A DNA stretch of 64,000 nucleotides from Octopus bimaculoides. Its lineage: Eukaryota. Below the pieces are notes generated by a model. It searched no databases and was not told where the DNA came from. It was given only the letters and a program-made list of their open reading frames with translations. This document shows, one piece after another, positions 12,181 through 25,034 of this stretch (positions are counted from its first letter, which is position 1; each line of letters opens with the position of its first letter). The stretch is from the NCBI RefSeq assembly GCF_001194135.2, contig NC_068995.1, positions 36,576,460 to 36,640,459 on the forward strand, written 5' to 3'. The translations under genes were made by a program, and so were the position numbers.

Positions 12181-14486
12181 NNNNNNNNNNNNNNNNNNNN
12201 NNNNNNNNNNNNNNNNNNNNNNNNNNNNNNNNNNNNNNNNNNNNNNNNNNNNNNNNNNNNNNNNNNNNNNNNNNNNNNNNNNNNNNNNNNNNNNNNNNNN
12301 NNNNNNNNNNNNNNNNNNNNNNNNNNNNNNNNNNNNNNNNNNNNNNNNNNNNNNNNNNNNNNNNNNNNNNNNNNNNNNNATTGACCCTTTAAACATTATT
12401 CTCTGCATGTAAAGGAATTCAACACTTTAGTTGACATTTGTTTTGAAGGAACATTTTTCTATATACTACTTCAAGGTCAAGAAAAAAAGAATTTGCTGAT
12501 TAATCTCTTTATTATCAGATCAAAATTAACTGAATGTCATGGAAGATACATCTAATAAAAACAAAAAAAAAAAATGCTTCAATGTGAATATGAACTTAAA
12601 GCAACAGTAGACTTGAGCAAATATCAAAAGGGAAATTCAAGTTTCCCTCCTGCACTAATTGGATGGATATAAATGGAACAATGTTGTTATTGCTTAGGTA
12701 GATGTAATCAGATCTTCTCAAATAGATCTTCCCAACTACATGGTTTGGGGTTCAGTCTCACAATATAACACCTTGGACAAGTGTCTTCTACTATAGCCTC
12801 AGCCAAACAAATTCTTGTAAGTGGATTTGATAGACAGAAACTGAAAGAAGCCTGTTGTGTGTGTGCGTGTGTGTGTGTGTGTGTGTCCCCTCCATCACCA
12901 CTTGACAACCACTGTAGGTTTGTTTACATCCCATAACTTAGCAGCTGGAAAAAGGGACAAACAGAATCAGTACCAAGCTTAAAAAACTCTTCAAGGCAGT
13001 GCCCCAGCATGACCGCAGTCTAATGACATTTTTGCTGTAACTTCATCTTACCATTAGACAGGCTTGGTTAGTTCTGATGGAATAGTCTCTGGAGTGACAG
13101 TAGTCATTTGAACTCATTGAAAATACAAAACAAGTTACAGCAAATGTATCAGCTTGCTTGGTTAGTATTGCAAAATGCTCTTAAGGAAGTTCTATAATTC
13201 TTGTCAACATTTTCTTTTTCATTTATCTTTGAAACACCAACAGGTGAGCAGTGTGAGAAAAGCCATTTAGCAATATGACATTGGCTCTCCATGAACACAC
13301 ATGACTGTACAAATTTATAAAGCCTCCCCAGCTAGTACGAAGGAAAAGGTGAATGTAAAAACAAAATCAATTTACTGTACTTTTTTATAGTAACAGCTAT
13401 TGATTTGTTTTATACCAGACCATATGTATACAGACCTGTATATAATTTAGGTTTAATGCAGTGTATGTGTACGTGCAAATAGTAAATATTAGAATTCCTT
13501 TTATACAATGGTTGTAGGAGAATACTAGCCTGCTGAGCACAAGCAGAATTTCAAACATCATTATAAAACTTCCTCCTGTAACCCTCAATATGACATCACT
13601 CAATTTGCCACTGTATACCTGGATCATTAATGTACTGCTTCAAATTTTCAGTTGAATGAATTTTTCACTGTAAACAAATATATGTGCCAAAATTATTCAG
13701 TTTAGATTTGTCAGATTCACTTCCTACTCATAATATATATTATGATCAAATGGATGGTACATAATATTATGCAAGCTTGGCCTACCAGGAATCCTACACC
13801 CTAAATCACACCCCCATTATGAAAAAAAATAAAAGATGTTGAATAATGTGGCTTTGGGTTCACTGGGCCTTACACAAAATTAATGGCCACAAGTGGAATG
13901 CCATTGATCAAAAGGCTTCTGAAGAAGCTGACAAGGAATTAAATAACAGAAAGACACTAAACAAAAGATACTAACTTGAATGGTCCTAGTTGAACAAATC
14001 AATTCCAGCACTTATCTTTTAATATTGGTACTTAGTGTATCAGGTTCTTTTGCCAACTGCTAAGCTATGGGGACACAAACAAACTGACACCACTTGTCAG
14101 GCAGTGGAAGGAGAGACAGACACAGAATAAATGTGTGTGTGAGTGTGTGTATTTAAAAAATTTAATAAAAACACAACAGACGGAAAATTTTACAAAAACA
14201 AACAGAAAATTCATGGCTAATTCCTCATCAGTCAACATCCAAAAGATTGTTATAATTTCACGCCTTTAACACTGATATATGTATATACACACAAAATTTT
14301 CCATCTACCTAACTCACTCACAAGGCATTGGTCAGCCCAGGGATATAATAGAAAACTCTTGCCTGAGGTGCAGTGCAGTGGGACTGAACCTGAAATCACA
14401 CAGCCATGCCTAAACCTAAGTTTCTTAAAGAATTTATACAGCAGACAACTTTGTGACAAGATGTCTGATAGCATCTTTCTACTTAC

Positions 14487-14566
14487 CTGTGCCAAGTTTG
14501 CTGTGTGATATTCCGCTGTCGCTCGTAACTTATCGACCCAGTGTTGTCGTTCACGGGCATCAATAG
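14487..14566 (-). CDS. OSBPL11: OSBPL10/11-like exon 6, PH C-terminal helix (AIDARERQHWVDKLRATAEYHTANLAQ)
   Basis: Acceptor tcaaaag after a T-rich tract, donor CAG/GTAAGT, phase 1/0. Carries the conserved ERQHWV tryptophan of the PH domain. Confidence 0.95.
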
Positions 14567-15246
14567 CTTTTGATAGAGAGAGAAAAAAAAAAATAAATAA
14601 AGGTAAGTGAATAACATACATCACCAAATACTTAAAACCAAACATATTCAAATAAAAGTCATTTCAGACAATACCAAAGCAATCAGAATAAAATAATCTC
14701 TTTGCTGTTATAATTCTTTATCTTCATCTGTATTATAACATGCACCCTGGTGTGCAACAAGTTCTGAATAGAATCAAGGATTAATTCAATACTCTGTTGG
14801 AACAACAATTTCACTAGTAATTCTAATGTTGTTTGAGAATGCAGTGAACAAGATAAAAATTCATTTCTTTTCACTTAAATTGTATTTATTCATATATGAT
14901 GTGCATTCATGAATAATGCATAAAACCTAATTTTGTGCAATGAGATACTGAGAAAGGAAAATTTCTTGTGCACAATGTGCATTGACTTTTTGATACTTCT
15001 TTATTATTCTACCACGTTTCAAAATTTCAAATTTAAACAAAAAATGATTGCAGAAAAAATGTGTGACACTAGTGAGAGAATAAAAAAATGTACAATAAAA
15101 ATTGCTATCCATTGCTATTAGGAAAGGCACAACAACACTGTTTCCATTTCAATCCTACTGCATGACACATTGGGCAAGTGTCATTTACTATCTTGCTAAG
15201 CCAACAAATTCTCTGCAGGTGGATTTAACAGATGGAAACTGTATTA

Positions 15247-15286
<40 letters not shown>

Positions 15287-16367
15287 CATATGTGTGTTGA
15301 TATCTTATTTGTCACCTTCTGAGTGAGGTGGTGCCGATGATATTATTCCTTGTTGACATTATGACCAGTTGCTATGCACTTTTGAACACCTGTGGAATGT
15401 GAAACTTTCTTGATTGAAAAACAGTTAGTAGAAGGAAATGCATCATTATCATTACTTAGCAGCTGCTTTTCCATGCTTGTATGGGTCAGAGAGAATTTGT
15501 TGAGGCAGATTTTCAATGGTTGGATGCTCCTCCTGTTGCCACCCCTCATCTGTTTTCAGCCAAGGTAATACTTTCCCATGAAAATATTCATCATGGTCTG
15601 GAAACACACACACACACACACGTGTATGTATGTATACACACACAAGTTTTTTTCCAGTTTCTCTCAACCAAATCCTGGGGTTATAGTAAAAGACACTAGT
15701 CAAAGGTTCAACAGTGAGATTGAACCTAAGACCATATGATTTGGGAAGTAAATTTATTAACCACAAAGTTATGCCTGTGTCTATAAAATCCAACCTCAAA
15801 ATCAATTCCTATCCAAGCCAAGCTGCCATGAAAAGAACAGAACACCAGTCCATCGCAGGGTAAACCCATTTTGGCTGGGAGGGATGGAGCAATGTGAAGT
15901 GAAGAATTTTGCTCAACGACATAACATATTGCTGGTCTGGGAATTGAAAAAACCAAGGTGCCATGTAAAAAGCATTGATGTGGGTACTAGTGCCACGTAA
16001 AAAGCACTGGTGCTGGTACCATGTAAAAAACACCCAACACACACTGTGAAGTGGTTGGTATTAAGAAGGGTCTCCAGCCGTAGAAACCAAGCCAAAACAG
16101 ACTATGGAGTCTGGTGTGGCCCTGGCCTTGCTAGTTCCTGTCATGCCTTCCAACCCATGCCAGCATGGAAAGCAGACATTAAATGTTGATGATGATGTGC
16201 TTGAAAATTTGAATACAACATTCTAAGCATTAGACTAGATGTCTTCGGGTTACAGAAATACACTAGAGACATACAAAAAAACAGACATTTCATCTTGGTT
16301 TGCAAACTAGTATGTCTAGAGCAAGAGGAGCCATCTCTTAATGTAAAGAACTTTTTCATGTACTCAC

Positions 16368-16449
16368 CTTTTAGTCGATACAATTCACCATTTGCTGCAT
16401 GTACAATGAAAGTTTGTGAATCTTCATCTGATGGGCTTATAACAGCGCC
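16368..16449 (-). CDS. OSBPL11: OSBPL10/11-like exon 5 (GAVISPSDEDSQTFIVHAANGELYRLK+G)
   Basis: Acceptor attccag, donor AAG/GTGAGT, phase 0/1. GAVISPSDEDS matches OSBPL11 as I recall it. Confidence 0.95.
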
Positions 16450-16818
16450 CTGGAATAATTTTGAACAACAATATTAGATTATTTGAAAATATGTGGAAGG
16501 GAAAGACTCAGGAATATGTGGAATAAGTTGTTTTTTTATATTAAAATAGATCAAGCAGAAAAAATATCAATCAAAATATAATTAACTGTTGAAAATTAAC
16601 ATGCTAAAATGTGAATGCCTTGTTGAATACATTAATTACATTGTAACAGGCATAATTGTGTGGTTAAAAAGTTTACTTTGCAACTATGTAATTCTTCCAA
16701 ACTCACTATATGTGGCACCTTAAGCGAATAAATCTCTTTGAAGTCTCAGGTTGACCAATGCTTTGAAATTTGGTAGATGAAAACTGTACAGAGGTCTGTC
16801 ATATATATATATACACAC

Positions 16819-16859
<41 letters not shown>

Positions 16860-16892
16860 CACACACATATATATATACATATACATATATAA

Positions 16893-16923
<31 letters not shown>

Positions 16924-17290
16924 AGTGTATTACTTCCTCTTCGTGTGATTGGCTGACAGTGATGCTTATGTTTAGCAGTGGTTGATTCGACTTGCTAAGA
17001 TGTGGAATAAAGTACCTTACTCTAAACAAAGCAAGGATTAGTATAGGAAGGGCATCTGGCCATAGAATACTGCTTCAAGAAGTCTCATCCAATCTATGCT
17101 GGCATAGAAAAAGTGGACTTAAAAACAATGACAACAATGATTGTAAATTAAGAAACAAAATTTGGAATTTCCTATTTCAAAATGATGAGAAGAAATAAAC
17201 ACTGACTTAACAAGCAAGAGAAATTATTTTGTTTTTAAAGAAAAAGAGTAAATTATTTCCTAAAAATAATATTACTAAAAACTTATTTAA

Positions 17291-17509
17291 CCCATTGGCA
17301 TTCAAACTGGCCATAGCCGGCCTAAATATTCTACTTGCTTTGTGCTCCAACTGACCAAATCAAACCTCTCACGACTATCCTGCAGTGTCATTCTAAAAGT
17401 AAACAATCACATCCTTGAAATCTGAAGGCTATGAGATGATGCATGATTAATTCAAAACAATTGGATGAATAAGCATTATATGCGATGGAGTAATCTGAAT
17501 GCTAAAGGG
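17291..17509. mobile_element. piggyBac-type MITE (TTAA-CCC...GGG-TTAA); related copies at ~7680-7866, 34588-34790, ~42043-42362
   Basis: TTAA on both sides, short TIRs, internal sequence shared among the listed copies. Confidence 0.7.
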
Positions 17510-17538
17510 TTAAGTAACAGTCAATATCATCAACTTAC

Positions 17539-17586
17539 TGCAAGATGCAGGGCCCCTCTTGGTCTTTGTTTCTTGTGTTCCTCTTT
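17539..17586 (-). CDS. OSBPL11: OSBPL10/11-like exon 4 (KEEHKKQRPRGALHLA)
   Basis: Acceptor atttaatttcag, donor GCA/GTAAGT, 48 nt, phase 0/0. Matches the ORP10/11 PH segment (QKPRGxLxLA). Confidence 0.92.
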
Positions 17587-19258
17587 CTGAAATTAAATAG
17601 ATTTGAAAAATTGGTTATTCTTGAAAATTTACCTTTCAGAAAGCTTTTGCTAAGAGTATGAGAATGTGTAGTGTGACTTAGCATTTCACTAAAAACAGAT
17701 GCGGTCTAATCAAGGCACTCCAGTACACTGAGTTTTAATCTTTTTGACTTCATGTTGGATTGGAGACCAAATATATTACGGGTGCAATTCGCATGGAAAG
17801 TTCTAATGTAGCTGTGTTTCTCCTCTACTGCGAAACACCATTTTTCTGCCCTCAATATCACTGCCTGCTTACTTGAGGGTTTTGCTTGGCAAGTTACTTG
17901 GCAACCTCACTGCTGCCACATGAAAAGCACCCGGTACACTCTCTAAAGTGGTTGGCATTAGGAAGGGCATCTAGCTGTAGAAACCAGGCCAAAGTAGACA
18001 GACGAGCTTGGCGCAATATTCTGACACTTGCCAGCTTCCAGCCAACCCATGCCAAACAAGAAAAACATATCAAATGATGGTGATGATGTTTAAAATTATG
18101 AAATTAAAAAAAAAAAAGTGCAGCAATGTAAAGAGACAGATATGGTTGTACAGTTAAGATGTTCACTTTGCAACCATGTACTTTCAGGTTCAGTCACACA
18201 GCACATCACCTTGGGCAAGTGCCTTCTTCTATGGTCCTGAGCCAACCAGTAACTTGTGAGTGAACTTGGTAGAATGGAAACTGTAAGCACATAATACATG
18301 CACATATGACAGAGTATAAATGATTTAAGAAGCATCAGGTGTAGTGTGCAAAAGAGAAGACAACATGTGATGTGTATGTGCGGATGAGGATAGCTGCACA
18401 CAAAAGTGTCAATCTTTAATTGTGGAGGGAACCTGTGGAAAGGGTAGACCTAGGAAAAAATGGGACAAAGAGTTCTGGCGATTTGCTGTGTATTGAGAAT
18501 TCATGTCAAGCTAAGTAAAATCATGGCCTTCCATACATACAAGCATGTCATTTACAGCCATGCACCCTCCCCACACCCTAAGTGTCATGTTCCACAGCCT
18601 CATTATTGAAATTAGGTAGCATAACTGTGTGAAAGTTCACTGGATGGACTGCATCAATAATATGAAGGTCCAGTCTTGTCACAAAGTATCACTGATTCTA
18701 TGAGACAATTACTTTGAGATTAAAAATAAATGTCCTTGGAATAGTGAGGCATTTACACTAAATGAGTGGCTTAGTCATTAGGAGTATTTAGCTCTTGATT
18801 GTAAAGTTGTGAGTTTGATTCCTTGTCGTGCATTGTGTCTTTGAGTAAGACACTTTATTTTTCATTGTTCCAATCCACTCAGTTGGCAAAAATGAGTTGT
18901 ACTTGTAATTCAAAGGGGCAGCCTTATCACATTCAATCTCCCTGAGAACTATGTTAAGCGTATGCATGTCTGTAGAGTGCTCAGCTAATTTCACGAACAG
19001 GCTGTTCCACAGACTGAATCAACTAGAACACTTGTCATCATAATTGACAGAGCCAGGCAAATTCTATTCATCAAATAACCAAACATTTGTCAAAACTGAT
19101 ACAAACCGTTCACACCTAATCAATACATACTAGTATGAAAAAAAGTACATTTAAATGATGACACTACATCTGTAAATATCTGGGCCAAAAATTCTTAAAA
19201 ATATACAAAGTAAAAATTCTGATATTGTTGAAGAAAGGAAAAATAGAAAAAAACTCAC

Positions 19259-19364
19259 CTCAAAATATTCCAGGTAACCAGACTCTGGATCAAGTGAAAA
19301 CCATCGGAACTGCCATCCTTTCATCACATTAGTATATTTATTCAATTGGCCTTCCATTGGTTGT
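19259..19364 (-). CDS. OSBPL11: OSBPL10/11-like exon 3, start of PH domain ([35 protein letters not shown])
   Basis: Acceptor tctctcctttccag and donor GAG/GTGAGT. The KYTNxxKGWQxRWFxL motif is typical of ORP9/10/11 PH domains. Confidence 0.95.
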
Positions 19365-20310
19365 CTGGAAAGGAGAGAGAAAAGAAAGAATACTTAGTAA
19401 TTTGCTGAAACTAATATACAGAAAAAAACTATCACAGTATATTTGTATCATTTATTTTTGTTTTTTAATGGCTTACAAAGACAGAGAGGCTAATACAAGA
19501 ATACAAGGAAGATGAGATATAAACGCTACCACATACATTTATTCAAACTTTCTGTCTTTAATAAGTTCTGGAGGTGATTTTCACCATCCCTTAGCAATAT
19601 TTACAAAAAGATGTTTCAAGTAAACCATAAAAGAATAAAAAGACCTAGTAGCATTCATATACATGTCCACAACTGCTTTATAAGGGGGTTAAAAAAAACC
19701 CTCAAAAGTATATAAACAACTTCAAAGTCATTTTCAAAATCAGTTTCATGTGAGAATCACTCCAGGTGGAACTGGAACTTTTGACTAATACATTCCTTGC
19801 TGAAATTTCTACCAATAATACATTGGTATTAAATTAGTTATTTCTTTCAATTTCATATACATAAATCCAGATGCATTTCATCCTCAGTAACATCCATAGC
19901 AAATGTTGTCTCTGGACAAATACTGAGCAAATTGCCTTTCAACAATGTATTTACATTAAGATATAAAGATGGCTATAAACTTAAACTTCCCTCTGTATCA
20001 ATGCTTCACACACACAAAAGTATTTTTCATTTGTTTAATATAAAGAAACCAGTGATGAACCATTTATGATAAAGAGACATCAAAGGTGGCTGAGAGAAGC
20101 AGAGTTTTGATTAAATACATTAGTCCAAACCTAATTTCAAATCATAACCAAGGTGCAAGTGTAGCTGTGTGATAAGAAGTTTGCTTCCTAACCACATGGT
20201 TCCAGGTTCAGATCTACTGTGTGGCACCTTGGGCAAATGTCTTCTACTATAACACAGGGCTGACCAAAGCTTTGTGAGAGGACTTTGTAGATGGAAACTG
20301 AAAGAAAACT

Positions 20311-20347
<37 letters not shown>

Positions 20348-23300
20348 ACATGATTGGATGTCTTTGTGCTTGTCCTTACCACCAATGCCACTTGACAACT
20401 CATGATTTGTTTATGTCCCTACAAAAGAGACCAACAGAATAAGTACCAGATTCAAAACAAATAAGTACTGGGGTCAATTTCTTCAATTTAAGTCCTTCAA
20501 TGTGGTGCCCCAGCATTGCCACAATACAGTGACATAAACAAGTAAAAGATAAAAAAAAAAATCTTTAGTTCTCTCAATATCAATAAAATACAGTGATATT
20601 TCTAGGTTTGATTTGTCTTACTGTTCACTCTTCTTCATAAAATGGCTTGGTGTTCAGAGAAAGGCGATAATAAAAATAACAAATAAAATGAAACTGCATT
20701 AGAATGCTTTGCTTAAAAAAAATAATAGGCTGACCCTATAATAACTGAAGAAAACATAAAATATTAAACTGCATCCTTTGCTTTGAGATAAGCCATTGAA
20801 AGTAACAACAAAATATTCATTTTAGTTGATTACAGTGCATATCACAAAATGTTAGTTTTACAAGAGAATCATTGACTTTGTAACTTAATGCTTTCATAGG
20901 TCAAAAAGAGAAAGTTTTCTCAGAACAGTTTTATCCATGATGCCCATATTCTAAAAGACAGAATAGTAACAATAAAAACAATCGATATGATTGTTCCACT
21001 GAAACCAATTTCAAAGACAACTATGGCATCTTTCCAAACTACTCCATCTGTTCAGGCGTCAGCTATTTTACTTCATAAGCCAATAACAAACAAGATAGGA
21101 AAAAATTACTTCTCTCGTTATTAATAATTTACTTAATAAAACAAAAACAAAAAGTATAAAAAACAAAACTGATTTTTGCACATAAAAAAAGCTTCTTTGA
21201 GACTAAATTCCTTTATAACAAGAGAAACAACAAATTAAATGTTTATCTAGCCTCGATTGTCCATAAAATATTGAGGGAAAAACTATTTAATCATGTTGGC
21301 ATAGATTAAATGGTCTATTTAATCTATAACCAATATCACAGTTTCAACTATCTTAAGTTACTATGACCACATTTCCTGGCATTATTTACAACACAAAAAA
21401 AAATTGCTGAAGATAAGAGTGAGAGAGAAAAATGTTATAAGGATGGAGAAATAGAAAGACTAATAAGAATAGAAGCTGTAAACAATGAAAATATGGAAAG
21501 AGAGAGACAGACAATGTTGCAAGGAAATAAAAGAAAAGGGATACAAATGTAATACATTAAAAAAAAAAAAACATATAACAGTGAATAAGAATTAGTTTCC
21601 TGGTTAGCATGCAGTTGAAATTTTCAGTAATAAAAAGAACCATAAAACCACATTTTGATAAAAAAATATATTAATATTGGAATTTATATGAATCCTCTAA
21701 ACAGTGCAGAGTTTAATAACTAGTTTCTTTTAGTAAAAGTTGCATGCTCATAACTAATAGTAAGCAGCTTTATTATAGTATAGATGCCAGTAGCCAATTG
21801 TATTTCTAGCACTACTAAGTTCATAATCCTTAATTTCAACATGTTTACAAAACAAGACAACTTTTGCATCATTTCATTGCTATGTGTAAAGTGATTAACT
21901 GTCTGTAACAATATGTTCCATGAAGATAAAGTAACTAAAATTACATCAGTAAAAGCTAGCTATTTGCTAAGGAAGCAATGTAATCCTAAGTAATCATTAA
22001 ATATTGCTTTCCAGTCAATCATGCGTGCACATGCATGTGCGTGCACACTCTAACACACACACACAACTTATCAGCTTGTCAGACTATCTAGCACCGATTC
22101 TTTCATCTTTGGCCTAATGTCTATCTTACTTGAACTTTGCTGTGGTAAGTCTTTGGTTTATCTTTTCCAATATACATTTCCCTATTAAGATCTTGTTCTA
22201 AACAGTCTACATAAACCTATCAGCACAGTTCTAATCCGCTCAATGCCACTAAAATTTAAATATTCAATATTCAATCTTAGCAGCTTATCTAACTGATTGT
22301 TTTGTCTCTACTTTTTGATCAACATTCCTACTGTATTTAAACACCTAAAGAACAGTTCTTCCATGATTTCCTTTTACCATTTTGCTACTGTATTTCTATT
22401 GAAACACACAGCCTCTGTCTCAATTGGTTTTAAAAATAACAACAAATGTAGTGAAGTAATTTTGTTGTCATTAAGTTGGTGCTTGGCACACAAAGTGAAA
22501 TTTTAAAACAGAAAGTTTGTCTTATAGAACCAGTGGCATTCTCAGATGGTTTGGTTTCAGAAGGGTTTAACTGCTTTTTTCTCATATAAATATAAGCACC
22601 AACTCTTTGGAGCAAAGCATCTATTCAGAAAAAAAATTTCCAGCATATATATCCAATAGGTGCAGATGTGGTCTTGTGGCAAGAAGCTTGCTTCTCAACC
22701 ACATGGTTTTAGATTCAGTCCCACTGTGTGGCACTTTGGACAAGTGTCTTCTATCATAGCCATGGGACAACAAAAGCCTTGTGAGTGGATTTGGCAGATG
22801 GAAACTGAAAGAAGCCCATCATTATACATATATATATAACCCATGCCAGCATGGAAAACGGACGTTAAAGGATGATGATGATGATGATGATGATGATTAG
22901 TCAATTTGAGGATGTAATTTCCTCTTTAGGGATAGAGATCAGCTGGTGTTATCAATGAAATATTGAGAGAATTTTCACAATATATAGGGATAAAGTCAAA
23001 TTTACAGTTATATTTATATAAGAAAATAAAGAAAAAATATATAGTAGATACTTATTTTATTTGTATCACAATGAAAACAGCAAATCATTTAATACAAATA
23101 AAATTAAAAGAAACATAAATTAACAGAAAAAAGCATAAAAAGTGCCTTTACATTTCAATCTGGTCATTAGGTGAACAGAGTTTCAGATCTGCAGGATTTA
23201 AACCATGCTAAGAATTCTAGATGTAAAAAACCCCACAGGATAACCAGACATCATGAGGGCTACCTTGTACAAAAAGCTAATGCTTACATATTTTTTCAAA

Positions 23301-24777
23301 GTAATTCAAATTGGTGGTAAAAAACATACTGAATAACATAGATAAGGACTGCATATTCATATATCCAAGTTGTGATAAATTTCTCTCTATAATCAAATGT
23401 AGAATTAGTATCTTAATATTTTATTTAACATACATACCCTCCACCATATATTGATCTTAACCAGTAAAGATACAAATCTCTTTTTGAGTGAACAATTCTA
23501 AATTCCTACTTTAGTATACAATATTGCCTAATTTTTCTTAACCATAACTTTAAAATATTATAACCAATCTTTATTTTTTATATTTTATATCCTAAATAAC
23601 TTATGGCTTTTCTAGTTTCAATCTATTTAATATACCTCTATTTTATTCCCATTTCGTTATTTTTTCCCCTAGATAAAATTTATTCCTCTCTGTATTTTTT
23701 TCTACCTCTCACACTTCTCTTCAATTCATTCTATTAACATTTTCGCAATACCTTACCCTAATTACATAACTTCTCTCACAATCCCTAACCGTCTATATCC
23801 TTTTTGATTGATTACATAATGTCCCCCAATACCTATAACCGTCAATTTTTCTAATCCCTCATAGTCTTTTAGCATGATTTGATTAGCTAATACCTCCCCT
23901 ACTATGCCTTTGATGTCACATCTTTTCTAACAACTTAATGTTTACATTACTTGGATATATAAATATGCAGTCCTCAGCATGGCTGCAGTCAAATGACTGA
24001 AACAAGTAAAAGAATAAAATACACGATTGAGGTAGTATTTAATTAAAATAGCTAACTATGTAGCATACTTAATGTATACACACTTCGATAGACCAATTAC
24101 GGCAATATTTGCAATAAATACCAGTGGGAGGTGAAAAATTGCCCAGCAACCATCTGTTCTTATTGAACACTGCAGGACCAAATTTTCGTCTCCCTTATTG
24201 TGTTTTCAACAGAGCAAGTCCATAAGAAATGGACTTGTCTCAGGCAAAGTTGATTTGATGGAGGGAGGAGCTAATGCACAAGCACAAACATTTGATCACT
24301 ACAAATAAATCATCTGTGCCTGTTGTTCAGCAACAATTTGCAGAACTGAAGGTGCATGGTTCTGGTTAGAGCATCAAGTGTACTTCTCTGGACGACATAT
24401 TGTATACTTTTTAGCCAGGAACTTCATTTTACCATGCACCAATCTACGTAGTTGAAAATGAGTACCTGTTAATAGCTGGTGCAGCTCTTACCTTCTCTCC
24501 AGCTGTTGTATCCTCAAATACTCCACTGGGTTAAGTGTCAGAGGACTGAGAGGGTGTCAATGTCTAATCACAACAATATAGGGATCTAAACCAATTAGTG
24601 AATGCATGGGACTTTTTTGTGTGTATGCATGCATGCACATACTTCAGATAAAGACACTACATAGTTCACAGCTTCCCACAACCAAATTAAAAAGATTAGA
24701 ATTTCACTTTGATTCTAAAAAATACTCCAGCTCTGATCAGTTAACCTTCTAACACACACACACACAAATATATATAT

Positions 24778-24951
24778 ATCATCATCATCATCGTTTAACG
24801 TCCGCTTTCCATGCTAGTATGGGTTGGACGATTTGACTGAGGACAGGTGAAACCAGTTGGCTACACCAGGCTCCAATCTGATTTGACAGAGTTTCTACAG
24901 CTGGATGCCCTTCCTAACGCCAACCACTCAGAGAGTTTAGTGGGTGCTTTT

Positions 24952-24955
<4 letters not shown>
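24778..24955 (-). mobile_element. SINE family B ending in (GAT)n (representative). Others near 1495, 1945, 5395, 5790, 15450, 15960, 17860, 22840, 27330, 28100, 39890, 46960, 55262, 58015
   Basis: Recurrent CCAACCCATGCCAGCATGGAAAA.GGACGTTAAA.GATGATGAT motif. Confidence 0.75.

Positions 24956-25034
<79 letters not shown>

Noticed and set aside
13050-13120. Minus-strand GTAAG donor with upstream open stretch in intron 6
   Set aside because: No acceptor giving a 0/0-phase open exon.
20622-20638. Possible alternative first exon MKKSE+CA/GTAAGA, phase-compatible with exon 3
   Set aside because: No promoter-like context, and a 17-nt match is easily chance. Needs 5' RACE or CAGE.
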